A DNA stretch of 64,000 nucleotides, the filler included, from Porpidia crustulata (taxonomy: Eukaryota): the NCBI GenBank assembly GCA_964255105.1. It is 18 parts of 18 records of this genome, joined end to end, with 100 filler letters (N's around TTAATTAATTAA, not from the genome) between each part and the next. Parts side by side here need not be neighbours in the genome. Positions count along the whole stretch, not along the records: positions 1 to 3,583 come from CAXUWE010002284.1; positions 3,684 to 7,265 come from CAXUWE010002285.1; positions 7,366 to 10,936 come from CAXUWE010002286.1; positions 11,037 to 14,604 come from CAXUWE010002287.1; 14 more parts are not named here. One strand, written 5' to 3'. Both the position numbers and the translations under genes were made by a program. This document shows, in pieces, positions 1 to 12,346 of this stretch. Positions within the stretch are counted from its first letter, which is position 1. Each line of letters starts with the position of its first letter. The notes below the pieces were generated by a model. That model worked only from the letters and a program-made list of their open reading frames with translations. It did no database searches and had not been told where the DNA came from.

Positions 1-141
1 GTTCAGTCTATGGTATTTATGATAGCTGCATTATTACTGTAACTCGATTCGTCAAGGCGTTGGCTCTGTTTTTTTTGGCACTTTTAAAGCAGAAGAAAAA
101 TTTCTATTCTACCTTGGATCCGCTATGTACGCGCGTCTCCA

Positions 142-2127
142 TCATCCAGCCCGCATCCCACTGTCCTCATCGTCTACACCCTCGGCGTCGCCCCCGTCCG
201 AGTCTTCGTCCGCCAGGTCATCGAGACCCGAAATCATAAACTTTTCGCCTTTGGCTTCGGTGCCTTCATTGACCACGTATCGCGGTTGCACTTCGCAATC
301 CCCTAGGATACAAGCGCCGTCCACTCTAGCCCACTTCCCTACTATACAGCCGGTCAATTGTGCCTTTTCCCCAATGACGACCTCGTCCATCAACAAGCAC
401 CGTGTCAATCGAGCCCCCTTTTTAATGTTGCAATTTGCGCCTATGACTGTGGCTTTGATGACCGCATGTGTTTCAACTGTCGTGTTGGGTCCGAGGAGAC
501 AATCGGAGCTGGTAATGGTTGTCTGAGGAGCGATCGAGATCGGCGTTCCGTACGGAGAAGGATGTAAGTAGGGAGAATTGGAAATATCTGTACTCGACGA
601 TTGCAAGGCGGCAATGTAAAGGGAAGTAGAAAGTAGTAGAGCGGACGTATCAACTCGACGAATGAGAGAGGTAGAGGAAGGCGTAGAAGGATGTATGTAA
701 GCGAGCATTGGCGGGAAACTGGCAGCCGTGGGTAGGGTCTGAGGCTTGGATTCGGTGGGTGATGAAGACCTGATGGAAGACGACCCAAGAGGTTTTGCAC
801 GTAATCTGCTGTTATATGTAGTGTTCAGACTTGCAAGATCGATCTCGTCCTCTAGTGTTTCGCTCGGGTTACTTCCAGTCTCCCCTTCTTTAGTAATTTC
901 GGTAGAATCAAATATTTTCTGGGCACCCAGTTTGTCGGCTAGGCCGTCCTGCCATCCAGCTTTAGCCCACCAACCCACCACATCTTCGCTGATACTTTCA
1001 AACTTGTCGTTGCATTTGATGAAGTCAAGCACCCAGTAAGGAAAGAAGTAAGCATGAGCGTCACGATGATTGGTCAACATTCGTATCTTGCCATGCTTAC
1101 GAATCAGGCCATACCTAACGGGAAAGCCTTCCTTCGCTTCTATGATGTCTCCCAATGTATCAGTTGTCGTGGCATAGACCACCTTAGAGATATGAGATCG
1201 CGCAGACCCTTCAGGCGGAGGTGCCGCGGGTTGTGGTAGAGAAGCTGTGATGAGGAAGTCAGTCTCCTCCCCCTTGACACTACTTTCACCCTTAGTTTGG
1301 AACCAAACTCCTAGACCGCCTCTACGCCCATCCTTCTCGCCACCAAGGCCCAACGTTGGGCCAGGATAATCGATATGACTTGCACCAGCGCCTCCTAAGC
1401 CAGCCTGTTGAATCATCCATGCCTCTATTAATGACTCTCCCGCAACCTCGCAGACAAGATCGCAGGGTAAAACAACGAAGTCACCCGTAATAGCTTCCTG
1501 AATCTCGGAGAGACGGAAAATCTCTGCCGTGCCTGTGTTTTGAGATAGCCCCTCCGGAGCAATGATGTCGGTCCTTGGTAGAGGTAGTGAGGTGAGGGAT
1601 GGAATTTGAGAAAGGGCTGCCTCAATCGCTTTCGAAGACGAAGGAGTTGTCACGAGATGAATTTCTTGGCGCTGAGTCAGAATTAGACAAGTCCAAGGCA
1701 TCTCAAAGAAGAATCATATGGCTAGAGAGACATGGAGCGGTACGCAAGTCACAAGAAACGCTTTTGAGACTCAAGGACCACCGCCAATCACCATAAAAAA
1801 AAGGTGTAACTCAAGCTTCATCGATCTTGGGTTGACATTCCAGTCAAAGTCTTAAGGTATCCAGCAATTCCGAGTGAATCGATTCGGATCATCATATAAT
1901 GTTGAAGAGCAATAGGCTGACATTGATATATGAGAATATCACTTACTCGCAATCCCCATGCGATAACACCAGTCGAGAGGATACCATATCATAGGGCGAT
2001 TACCAACAGGCACGAGTGCTTTCGGAAGTTCCTCAGGAGTTGAAGTGAAAGTATTGAGCGACAGGCCAGGACCACAAAGTATAATAGCCTGGAATCCCGA
2101 GGGAGGCATTGCCAGTGCATGCGGCAT
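142..2127 (-). CDS. GCD1: Translation initiation factor eIF2B gamma subunit; exons 2127-1947 and 1664-142
   Basis: N-terminal nucleotidyltransferase-like motifs GFQAIILCGPG, PKALVPVGNRPMIWYPLDW, TGTAEIFRL and DFVVLPCDL; C-terminal hexapeptide (LbH) repeats (VIGANCNIKKGARLTRCLLMDEVVIG). A GTAAGT donor at 1946 and a CTGAC...AAG acceptor at 1665 join MGIA-KIHLVT in frame. Confidence 0.93.
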
Positions 2128-2592
2128 GCTGTTCCTGTTTTTTATTCTTTACTGAAGTCGACGGCCTAGGAACAGGGTTGGTCAGGAGGTTTAAGGTCTC
2201 TACTTTTATTAGAAGCAATTAAATTTACTTAGGCACATATTGACTTACAAAATGGATTGATGTTAGTGAGGTAGATTTAGCCGACACTGGCGCGCTACGC
2301 TGTATCTAGTACTTATCTACGATACTTATATGACGTATCTATTCCATGTTGGTACAATCGCAACAAAAAGCCAGGTACCGCAAAAAGTTCATCGCCAATA
2401 AAGAGCTTCATAGATCATGTACAATACGCAAGACCGGTATTGTGCGTTGATACTAAGTTTGAAATAAATGATGCGACTAGTCTCCGTCGAAAAGGACTGC
2501 CACTACAACAAGGACATCTTCGATCTTCCCCAGGTTGATATCAGCGTCTGTCTGCCTATTGCTGTACCAAAATCTAGCCAAAAACAGTCCTA

Positions 2593-3161
2593 TCATGGAT
2601 GGAGAACGTCCTGATTACCGATGAATCCAGGGGGCTGAAACCCAAAGTCAGCTACTGGATACGTCAAACTTAGGTGAATCCCACACATACAATGAGGCTG
2701 AAGAGACGATTCGTGATCTTCCAAGAGCCCAATTTATAGGTCCAGCGATCCATATACTTGCCGTAGATGTAAAGCGCTTGACCTGTTCGATTTCCCTGGC
2801 CTAAGAAACTCGCAACTACATAAGCCGTAGAATTTGGCGAAAAGCTATCAGTGAAGTCAGCCACTGTGGTGCTTATGGCGTGCTGGCTGACGGCGCTACT
2901 GTTGAGGGAGAGTTTGAGAAATTCCTGTATTGCTGGAAGACCATAGTATATGTTATTGGGCGGTGGGGCACTATAGTCCGCGATTGCATTCTGGGTAAAA
3001 ACCTCAGTAAGGAGCCCAAAGTTTTTCGTATCAACTGCAATTGCGTAGAGCGATAATCTGTTGCGGATCTGCAATTCTGACCCAATATCTGAATGACAGA
3101 TGTAAGAGAGGGTTGGTTGAGTCAAGGAGAGTAACCCGATCAAAGCAACCGAGCACCGCAT
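2593..3161 (-). CDS. Secreted SnoaL/NTF2-like domain protein; exons 3161-2691 and 2634-2593
   Basis: Signal-peptide-like N-terminus; SnoaL-type pattern IRNRLSLYAIAVDTK...VFTQNAIADY...SQHAIS...YGKYMDRW...WKITNR. GTATGT...CTGAC...CAG intron 2690-2635 gives the in-frame tail PPGFIGNQDVLHP*. Confidence 0.8.
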
Positions 3162-3583
3162 GATCAGCTAGATGGTCCACAAAGAATTTGGCATACAAAA
3201 TTTCTGATGACAGAAGAGTAACAATGAGACACCAAGAAAAGATGATGAAAGAGTATCATGCAGTGAGATTAGGTTAAATAACATTCGGCAAGCTTCGTCG
3301 ATCTCCCATCAGCAACAAGAGAACGATGAATCAGAAGGAACAAAGTTATCGATACTGTCACTGCTTATACAATCAAATCATGCTACCACTGGAATATGTG
3401 AGGAATGTGAAGTTCTTTTGAGAAGTCTATTCAGGTATGCAAATAAGTTTCTACTCGTAATGGGATGAGTGGGCTGGTCTGGTCGACATATCAATTTTGG
3501 TGTGGATACTAGTAGAGTACACAAATGTTACTCGTATTCACCCCTAGTTCGATTACACCCCTAGTTCGAAAACCCTAAGCATT

Positions 3584-3683
3584 NNNNNNNNNNNNNNNNN
3601 NNNNNNNNNNNNNNNNNNNNNNNNNNNTTAATTAATTAANNNNNNNNNNNNNNNNNNNNNNNNNNNNNNNNNNNNNNNNNNNN
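3584..3683. other. Artificial contig linker N44-TTAATTAATTAA-N44 (first of 17)
   Basis: Identical 100-nt spacers start at 3584, 7266, 10937, 14605, 18271, 21931, 25590, 29232, 32866, 36498, 40129, 43758, 47376, 50993, 54598, 58194 and 61773. The core is a palindrome with stops in all six frames. Confidence 0.99.
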
Positions 3684-3726
3684 GCTTGGAGCTTGGGGAT
3701 GGGAGGGAGTTAGCACCATAGGGCTA

Positions 3727-3830
3727 CTCGTTTCCGCCCCTCATCGGACCATCGCACCCAGGGTTAGGGTAAGCCAGATTGGTACAGTCCTAACCCTACG
3801 TCTAGTGGTACGAAGAGGGGTGGAAACGAC
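3727..3830. mobile_element. Putative MITE (~104 bp near-palindrome) with subterminal TTAGGG motifs
   Basis: TA|CTCGTTTCCGCCCCTC at the left end pairs with GAGGGGTGGAAACGAC at the right end (14/16). Internal AGGGTTAGG pairs with CCTAACCCT. A related end lies at 25690-25752. Confidence 0.6.
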
Positions 3831-5243
3831 ATACCACATATTAAACATCGTATTTTATCATGAATCTATGTATTTGAGACTTGAGAAGTTGCGGGCTATG
3901 GAGAACATAATGGAACGGTCAATAAATGGGTCTACGGAATTTCTGATGAGAGCTGAGAAACTGTCTCGGCTGAATCGTACCTGCTTCTTTTTTGCAAAGG
4001 GAGAAAAGACCGTAGCCCACTTTCACACTACTTCCTCCATCCCATTCTCGGTCTGATGGACACCTCTCCTTTCCTGCCGCGTTATCGTCGTATTCAAATG
4101 ATGGGCTGACGAGAGAGCATCGGGATGAACATAAAGAAGCTTCCGAGGCCCAAAACAAATCGATCTCCCAATTGACCGCCTCGACCGTGGAATCAGCTCC
4201 TCACCAGCATACTTAGCGTCTCGGAATTATCAGCTACACTGAACATATCGGTTTTGGTTGCTACCATCAATATTTTAATCCCACATTCGCAAGTGCCATA
4301 GTATGCAATGTTCCTGGGAACTTTGATAAAGCCTTGTTCGTCAGGGCCTCAGTTTTTGGACTTCGAAAACGATGCGCGGCGATATAGCTTTCCAAGGATG
4401 GCAATGCAATTTCAGGGATCTTGTGAAGTTTTCGTTATACCTCGCAGAAATTGCCGCGTTTGAAAGGGGCCTTGGACCGACGGGGAGAGGGTAGCAGACT
4501 ATGAAAAAATTGAGAGAAAGCCATTTTGATTACATTTGTAGGAAGGCTTTACGATAGAAGAATAAGGAGATAAGATTCTAGGGCAGGATTGAATAGGTTA
4601 TTTGATCGAACGAATGAGGCGACCGTTGAAAGGAAGGCAAGGGAAGAGGGCGGATAACGTATATTCAGTTCGGCGAATTTCTCCCGAAAATCTCCTTGAT
4701 AGCTTCGAACTTGAATTCTACCTGATCCTTGTTGTCATCTCCTTTCCTTAGGTAGTGTTGAGAGTCTTACTCTAGCGACGATTCGCGATTGAAGGCGCTT
4801 ATTCTGATGCTCTTCCGATGGTCATTTCAGAGAAGAAGCATAAGTATGCAGAGCGCACGGTTACCAAGTCCCGGCCACGCGTGGAATCAAGGCAGATTTC
4901 TATCATTGTTGTAGCAGCAGGTAATTGCGCCTGACTCAAAGACCATCAGTGAGGCTGAAGTCGATGAGAGTAAGATCAGTGGGCGTAGGGGGAAGAAGTC
5001 GGGCGCATCAAAGAAGGCTATCGCCCTAAACCCTGAAGCGGTTAGCCTATGAAGGTGGTTCCTCACTCATTCAACGAACGTCAACACGCACTTCCCTCCA
5101 TTGCACTCCTTCCGCGACTTCATCCTACAAGATATCGCATCTCTGTTAACTACAGTTCCGAACCTCCTCGTGTGACTCACTCTTTGACACTGCTGCGCTA
5201 TTAACAATCGCCTACATCAACTCTATATCCCTAGAACTCCCAG

Positions 5244-5521
5244 GTAAGAAACGTCCTGCTTCGTCAGCCCCTTTGACTGGCTGTCCCCCTTCCCCGACGC
5301 GCCTACTAGGCGGTGTAGTTGTCATTCAGCATCCGCAGTGAATTCGCATCAGTCTCAAAGGCCTGGAGTCAGACCGCCCTTACAAAGTTGTGTGATACGA
5401 GACCAGTTGACGACACGTGTTTGCGTCCTCGTGCACTAGAGTCTCAGCGGCTGCACTTTGCACAATCCGCCGGCCATACATCGTTTAAAAATGCCCAAGT
5501 CTCTACTAACAATTCTCGCAG
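5244..5521 (+). other. 5'-UTR intron of the 14-3-3 gene
   Basis: CAG|GTAAGA donor at 5244, CTAAC branch site, and CAG acceptor ending at 5521, 15 nt before the ATG. Confidence 0.75.
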
Positions 5522-5536
5522 TGAAACAGAAGCAAG

Positions 5537-6560
5537 ATGGGGTACGAAAATCATGTCTATCTTGCCAAGCTTGCCGAGCAGGCGGAACGCTACGAAGGTA
5601 AACTCATACCAGGCATCCTCTCGAAATTGTATACCAATTTGTGATGAACAGAGATGGTGGAGAACATGAAGAACGTCGCATCCGCAGATCAGGAGCTTTC
5701 TGTCGAAGAACGAAACCTGCTTTCCGTTGCCTACAAGAATGTTATCGGAGCAAGACGTGCATCGTGGAGAATCGTTACCTCGATCGAGCAGAAAGAAGAA
5801 TCTAAGGGCAACGAGAGCCAAGTGGGTCTGATCAAGGAGTACCGCCAAAAGATCGAGGCCGAGCTTGCGAAGATCTGCGAAGACATCCTTGAGGTGCTTG
5901 ATGACCACTTGATCAAGTCTGCCCAGAGCGGCGAGTCGAAAGTATTTTATCACAAGATGTATGTATCCTGTGGTCAAGAGCCGTATTTCATGGTATGCAC
6001 CTACTCAACGACTCATCTAGGAAGGGAGACTACCACCGTTATCTGGCTGAATTTGCGCTTGGCGATAAGCGTAAGATATCTGCCGATAAGTCATTGGAAG
6101 CATACAAAGCAGCGACGGAGGTGGCTACAACCGATCTCGCCCCGACCCACCCTATCCGTCTTGGTCTTGCCTTGAACTTTTCGGTCTTCTACTACGAGAT
6201 TCTTAATTCCCCTGATCAAGCTTGCCATCTCGCAAAGCAAGCGTTCGACGATGCCATTGCTGGTTCGTTTTCCGACGCGTACTCCAAGCTGTGTTTGAAT
6301 GCTGATGAACAATCAAGAGCTCGACACCCTAAGTGAAGAGAGCTACAAAGACTCTACCCTTATAATGCAGCTCCTAAGAGACAATCTAGTAAGCAGATGG
6401 TGGAATAATAATTATTTGGCACTATCTAAAGTTGAAACAGACATTATGGACGTCGTCCGAGGCCGATCCGACTGGTGGTGAAGCCGGCCCAACGACAACC
6501 GAGACCAAGGAGGCCAGCGAAGCGCCGCCTGCCGAATCAGAGAAGGCCGCCGCAGAGTAG
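5537..6560 (+). CDS. BMH1: 14-3-3 protein; exons 5537-5597, 5652-5958, 6021-6262, 6318-6388, 6441-6560
   Basis: [65 protein letters not shown] and [18 protein letters not shown]; four canonical introns keep the frame. The symbol denotes the family (BMH/rad24/artA), not a specific paralog. Confidence 0.97.
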
Positions 6561-9500
6561 AGTCTTCTTGTTGTCATTAGAATGGTAGCAGTGGTGGCAT
6601 TTGGACGTGAGAGAGGATAGACTGGTGAAATGGAACGATAGACAATTATCGATCATGGCATGACTCTTTAGTTTTGCAGCACGATTTTCATTTTAATCCG
6701 ATGCCAGTCCCCTTTTCTTTCGGTCTGTTCTCCAACCACAGCGACTTCTGTTCATGTGGGGGTTTCCCTGTCTTCCTGCACGATGAATCTATGAGAAAGT
6801 CTGATGAAAGGGGGTGGCAAATGGGATCAGGGTTTTCCATGTGCGTAGAGTACCTATTTCCAATGGTTCTGACTACGTGCACGACACGTATTCGCCTGCT
6901 CTTTCTTCCCGTCCTACCGTGAGCTTTCTCGAAAGTTACATGTCATCCAGGGTGGATTGCCTTGCCATCCTACCCCTCCGTCCTTCCTCTACCCCTTCCC
7001 AATCCAGCCAGCTTCAATCCTATCACCCATCCGTATAGTTGATCATGTCGCTAGTAAATAAGCCTTTCGTTTGTCTCTCCGTGTACAAATCTTTGGAGAC
7101 CGTTTTCCAAAGGCTGGGCTGGGGTTAAGTGGATGTGGTGGGATGAGGTTTTGTGTTGGTTTCAGGTGGTTGGAGTTGATTAAGGTGTTCGGGGGGATAG
7201 GGAGGTGAGAGGAAAGGATAGAAGGCAGGGAAGGAGGGAAGGGAGAAGGGAGAAGGGAGAAAGGANNNNNNNNNNNNNNNNNNNNNNNNNNNNNNNNNNN
7301 NNNNNNNNNTTAATTAATTAANNNNNNNNNNNNNNNNNNNNNNNNNNNNNNNNNNNNNNNNNNNNGAGGGAAAGGAGGGAAGTGAGGGAAGCGAGGGAAA
7401 GGGTGGTGAAGAGATGAAGAGATGAAGAGATGAAGAGTGATGGGTTTGTGGATGGGATGTAAGGAGCGACGAGGAAGAAATGGTAATAAGCCTGTCATGG
7501 TAATCGCCAAAACAAAGAGTCCATATTTTGGCCATTGGTTCTTCGGGACTGTTTTGATCAAATTGTTCTTTTCTCCCATCTTCCGTGTCGAGTACGCTTC
7601 ATGAATGCAGAAAAGGCAATCTCATGTGTTTCTCATCACGCCAATGAGACTTTTTTCTCGCCGGACAGAGCGAGTTGAGATATTTCTGTACTCGCCGTAA
7701 GACAGGAAATATTGGTACATCAACGGGTAAGGCAAAGGGTCATTATAGTCACGCTTCCTGGTGTAACAACCATAATTCCGGGTTTGTTGTTCGTGTGATC
7801 AGAGGTGATAGTGATTGCTGCTCTGGATTTTTAGGTCGTTTTTAATGTTGCTGCCGCGCAGTCTTTCATTCGACTATCCGTGGTATTTCATCTTTATTAA
7901 TGATGACCCTGTCGTGCCTGTATGAGTTCTATTTTCATTGTCCCCGAGATTGTCGATTTAAGTACCACCATAATAAGGATCTTGATCTTGCGAGTTTGGG
8001 AGCATGATTGGCTAAAAGCCTCCAGTCTGACCCCACTGCTTCCCGATCACGAATCTTAGAGCGTACTACTGCAAGGATACCGAAGGTAATTGATAGTTCC
8101 CGTGAGGTAATGGGCCGACATGAGGCCATTCCGCTGCCCGTCTTTCTTTTAATTGGGTAGTTCCGTATGAGTGATATGATAGGCCAAAACATCGTGGAGC
8201 TCGTAGAAGGTCCAAACCAATGACATGGTCTGAAAGCTTCGTTGTCTTTTTCTGAAAATAAATTGGATCGCGAGTACTGTGATTTAACGATTAGTGGGCT
8301 GATGAGAGCTTGCACAGAATGTATCTTTTCGATTCTGATAAAGGGAAGCTACTCAGCATAGTTTGGCCATAGTGTGAGATAGATATCCGTCAGATGGCAG
8401 ATGACTGATGACGGTGATTACCCGCGTCTCTGCAACGATAGGTAGTCGTGCGCTTAGAAGCCAAGTGACTACCAACCACCGAGTCACTTGAAACCAGCGA
8501 TCTTCGCCCGTTGCCCCCGTTGTGACCGAGGGGCGAAAGAGATGGAAGCAGATTGCCACAACTTGCGGTGCACCTCTGACCGAAGGTAAATTCATTGCTG
8601 ACAGCGCATGCCATCTCTATTCCTATCCATCGTAATCCATGAAAGTCTCTTCACAGCCATGTGTCGTGTATTCAGATGATACTGTCATAAATCCTACTGA
8701 CCAAAGGTACGCTGGGTATCGTTATCCAACAAAACATAAAGGGACGTCGCGGGGGCTGATAATACAGCTATGCAGAACTGTAGCCAATAGGATCTTGTAT
8801 CTGACTGGAATTACCCATGGCATGTGTCGACAGGCCAACTGTAGGCTGATCTTTCCCCAATCAAACGACGGTGACAGGTCAGGGAGGGGATCCGGACGAA
8901 ATCCCTGCGTTGCCTCAACCTTTCTCGGCCTAGCTGGTGTTAAAGTAGCCTAGGGCTGCGTCATTATGCATCTTTTGGATTCACCATCTCCGATCCTGTT
9001 GATTTGTCGACCATTCACTCGTGACTTGTGAAGTGAAATTAATTGACTGTATATCCGTAACATCACTGTTATTTCTTACCAGGGTCTAGTACTCACAATT
9101 AGATACTGTCATTCAGTACACTTACTTGAAGTGACATGTTCATCAATTGGCATAACAACTTCCATTGCCTCATGTCTTTTCCATTGTCGAGTACCTCAAG
9201 TAGTCAATCCGTCAGCTGGCCTATCAGTCAGCCTTATTAAAGTAGCGAATAAGCGAGCGACTTCTCAAGCATCTTTCGGGACCTACTCCGCCTCCCCTGC
9301 CTTTCCCCACGGACCCTTATTCTCTACTCTAAAGCTACTCTAAGGTTGCTTTGTCTATTGCACACTTGCCTTTAATTAAATTGAGAGGATTTCCACTCTA
9401 CTACCATCAACTACTTCTCTTCTCACACGCCCGTTACCATTCCACTCACCTCGTGTTCTACGTCACACGTCACATCACTCGTAAGCGCTCCTTCATTCCT

Positions 9501-9590
9501 TTTCAAAGGATTTGGCGCACGTCCAGCTCCAAACCCTACCAACATCAAACGATACAAACTCCCAACCACAGGACGCGATATTCACGAGTG

Positions 9591-10164
9591 ATGACTACCA
9601 TATCAGTACCCCACGACTTGACTCCTACACCTTCGATACCTTCTGCCACCATCAACATCACCAACAGACCGTCAATCTATCACCCCGAATCTAATCATTC
9701 ATCACAAAATTCCTCAGACATGTCCGACAGCGAACCACGGCGTTTGACGCCTATCCGAGGATTGACACGTCCCAGACTCACCAGTCGCAAATCTAGTGGC
9801 ACCAACATCGTTCCTCGCGACCACCCCGACGTCGAACAGCGCCAAGAGTCGTTTCCTGCCGATGATGCACGGGCCATGAGTCCACGTCGATCGAGCTATG
9901 AGACTGAGAAATTAGGGCAGGACACGAGGAAAGCGGTTCAAAGGTAGGAGCATCGTGTGTGCATGCGGTTCGGACCCAAGACTGACCTTTCAAAGGCACG
10001 CGATGAACCTGCAATCCGGACTCAACGCGCTGGCCGAAAAGATTGAACTCGTCAAATCCGACCATGAAAGGCTTGAGAAGCAGAACGTAGCGCTACAAGA
10101 CTACATTGGTGGCCTCACTCGCAGCATGTCCAACACCGCCATCTCCTCCAAAGTCAAGAAATAA
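9591..10164 (+). CDS. Short coiled-coil protein (SCOC/Slo1-like); exons 9591-9943 and 9996-10164
   Basis: The C-terminal heptad segment LQSGLNALAEKIELVKSDHERLEKQNVALQDYIGGL matches the short-coiled-coil family pattern. The GTAGGA...CTGAC...AAG intron is in frame. The start could instead be the ATG at 9720. Confidence 0.75.
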
Positions 10165-11974
10165 TATCGGATGGGCCAATCAGTACGTTTTACAAAGCAT
10201 TACGATGAACGGTCACCACTTTACGACAATACCATCTAGAGCATCCACCCTCATGCTCCTAATCCAGCATCTGTACAACATCAGCATTCATCTTCCTGCA
10301 TCATTTCAGCGATTCGTGTAATCCGTTTATTCCCCCCCTAGCGTGGCGCTTTCATCTCCGGGCGGAACCAATCTGCATAGCCATGGCGTTATCACACAAA
10401 GCGAGCAAGACAGCACTTTGCTCCCCCATCTACCCGGCGTTCTCCCAGCATTTCAACACTCAAAGCACACGAGGGGAGTCTGGCTAGGCAAACCTGCCAT
10501 GAGCGAAAAAAAGAGATACCACTATTTGCGTGTGCGTGTGTCTTTAGCTAGAAAGTATTTGTAGCCACCCAATTATTTTCGGCCAAAGCAGAAATCTAGA
10601 ATTGGAACTTTTTCCACATCAACATCCTGTCTCCCAATCATCAAGACCCCAGCCCGTAACCTGCATGCCAAGCGCACGCCACGGTCTCCCTTTGCATCAG
10701 CCCAATCCACCCCATCCCAAACTCCCATCCCAGAAAACACAATTCCCACCATCTCAGCTGACCGCAAAGGTAACCCCCAAAAACCGGGGCAACCCTAAGC
10801 GACGACCGAAAACCCACAGTGCCTGACGCAAGCCACAAAAACGACTTACGGACGAAAGACATGTCCTTTGATCCGGGTGTTGTGTGTGTATATGTGTATA
10901 TATCAGCGCACCGCGCTCGGCGCGGGCAAGTAAGTGNNNNNNNNNNNNNNNNNNNNNNNNNNNNNNNNNNNNNNNNNNNNTTAATTAATTAANNNNNNNN
11001 NNNNNNNNNNNNNNNNNNNNNNNNNNNNNNNNNNNNGGCCGGGGCCGGGCGGCCGCCGGTGGAAGGCGCGCGGCGCGGCAACGTGCCAAGCGCGGCGCGG
11101 AGCGAGCCAAGGGGGAGCGGGAATAGGGAGCCTACGCAAGGGCCGGCGGCATCGAGGAGGAGGTAGGGTGGAGTGAGGGCGGAAAGGTGGAGTTAGGGGG
11201 GCTGAGGGGGATGCGAATAACTTCGGTTGTATGTCTTTCGGATTTTTTCTCCCTAATACTCTAAGCTTGACATCTGGGCTGTGTGATAGTTGTATGATAG
11301 ATAGATTCCCAGGAAAAACTGTTATTGGCTGTTCTTTCCTTATAACTTCAATGATGTCCCAAAATGCTTCGTGTGTTGAGACTTTTTGACCTTCATGTTA
11401 GAAACCTCGTTCTTGATCCATTATAAATGTTTGTTCTAATCGACTGTTACCAGAGGTCAGGGCCTGCGATTCATCTTGAAGTGCTTGCGTTGTGAAAAGC
11501 AATTTAAGCGGGGAAGACACGTTTCGAAGCTGTGATACTTGCCATGTGAACTCTTGACAATCGCCTTAATTGTTGATGAAGAGGCAGCTGCGTGTTTCAA
11601 ACCAAGGTTTTGACACAAGTAATTGATAGCTCTAATCCTGCTGTTGACTATCTTTCAGTAACGGATGTTAAACACATGAGTCATTTAAATGAGTTCTTCT
11701 CTCGTTCTTCATGTATCAGTGATGCTTTGCGCTCTCACGCAGCATTGAATTCTGGATAATGCGGTCCGAACCAGTGAAGTATGTGGCTTTGCTTTAGAAT
11801 GTGAAATGGGGATATATAACCAGGCAGCACGTCCTGAGGATTCTGATATCAAGAAAATTGAAACAACAATCATAATACTGAGATACCTTTGAAATACAGC
11901 AAGGTAGATTTGCGAAATCCATTAGAAACTTTTAGACGCAGATTAGTAAATTTCTATCGACTTACACGATAACA

Positions 11975-12346
11975 ATGTCGAACCCATCCTCTTCAGCGAG
12001 CCAGAATCCTCAGACAGCAACTGCCTCGACTTCAGGGCAAGCAACGGCGAATCTGAATCGAGACCAAGCATCGCAGCAACAAGGCCAGACCCCAGCAGGC
12101 CACACTCGAACCTCTTTAGAGCATCAGAGGCACCTAGCGACAGCTAAGAACCCCGTCTTCGCGGAGGGTCTTCGAGAGATCCCAGGCATGGAAAAGTACG
12201 GACGAGATATCCCATGCGAAATACTGCCACCTGGAACTCCGATGAAGCCGCTTCCACCGAGCGGAGACAATGGCGGTGCTAGTAGTTCTAGCGGTAGAAA
12301 TAAGAAGAAAAAAGAGAGAAAGGAGGAAGAAGAGAATAAGAAGTGA
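11975..12346 (+). CDS. Small low-complexity hypothetical protein (123 aa, basic tail)
   Basis: ATG in ACAATG context, upstream TATATAA at about 11812, S/Q/T-rich N-terminus and K/E-rich C-terminus; no recognisable domain. Confidence 0.45.
   Translation: MSNPSSSASQNPQTATASTSGQATANLNRDQASQQQGQTPAGHTRTSLEHQRHLATAKNPVFAEGLREIPGMEKYGRDIPCEILPPGTPMKPLPPSGDNGGASSSSGRNKKKKERKEEEENKK

Noticed and set aside
7580..9350. snoRNA cluster or genes in the long non-coding stretch (TGATGA motifs, small hairpins, short ORFs)
   Set aside because: No properly spaced C/D pair with an rRNA-complementary guide, and the ORFs lack recognisable protein features.
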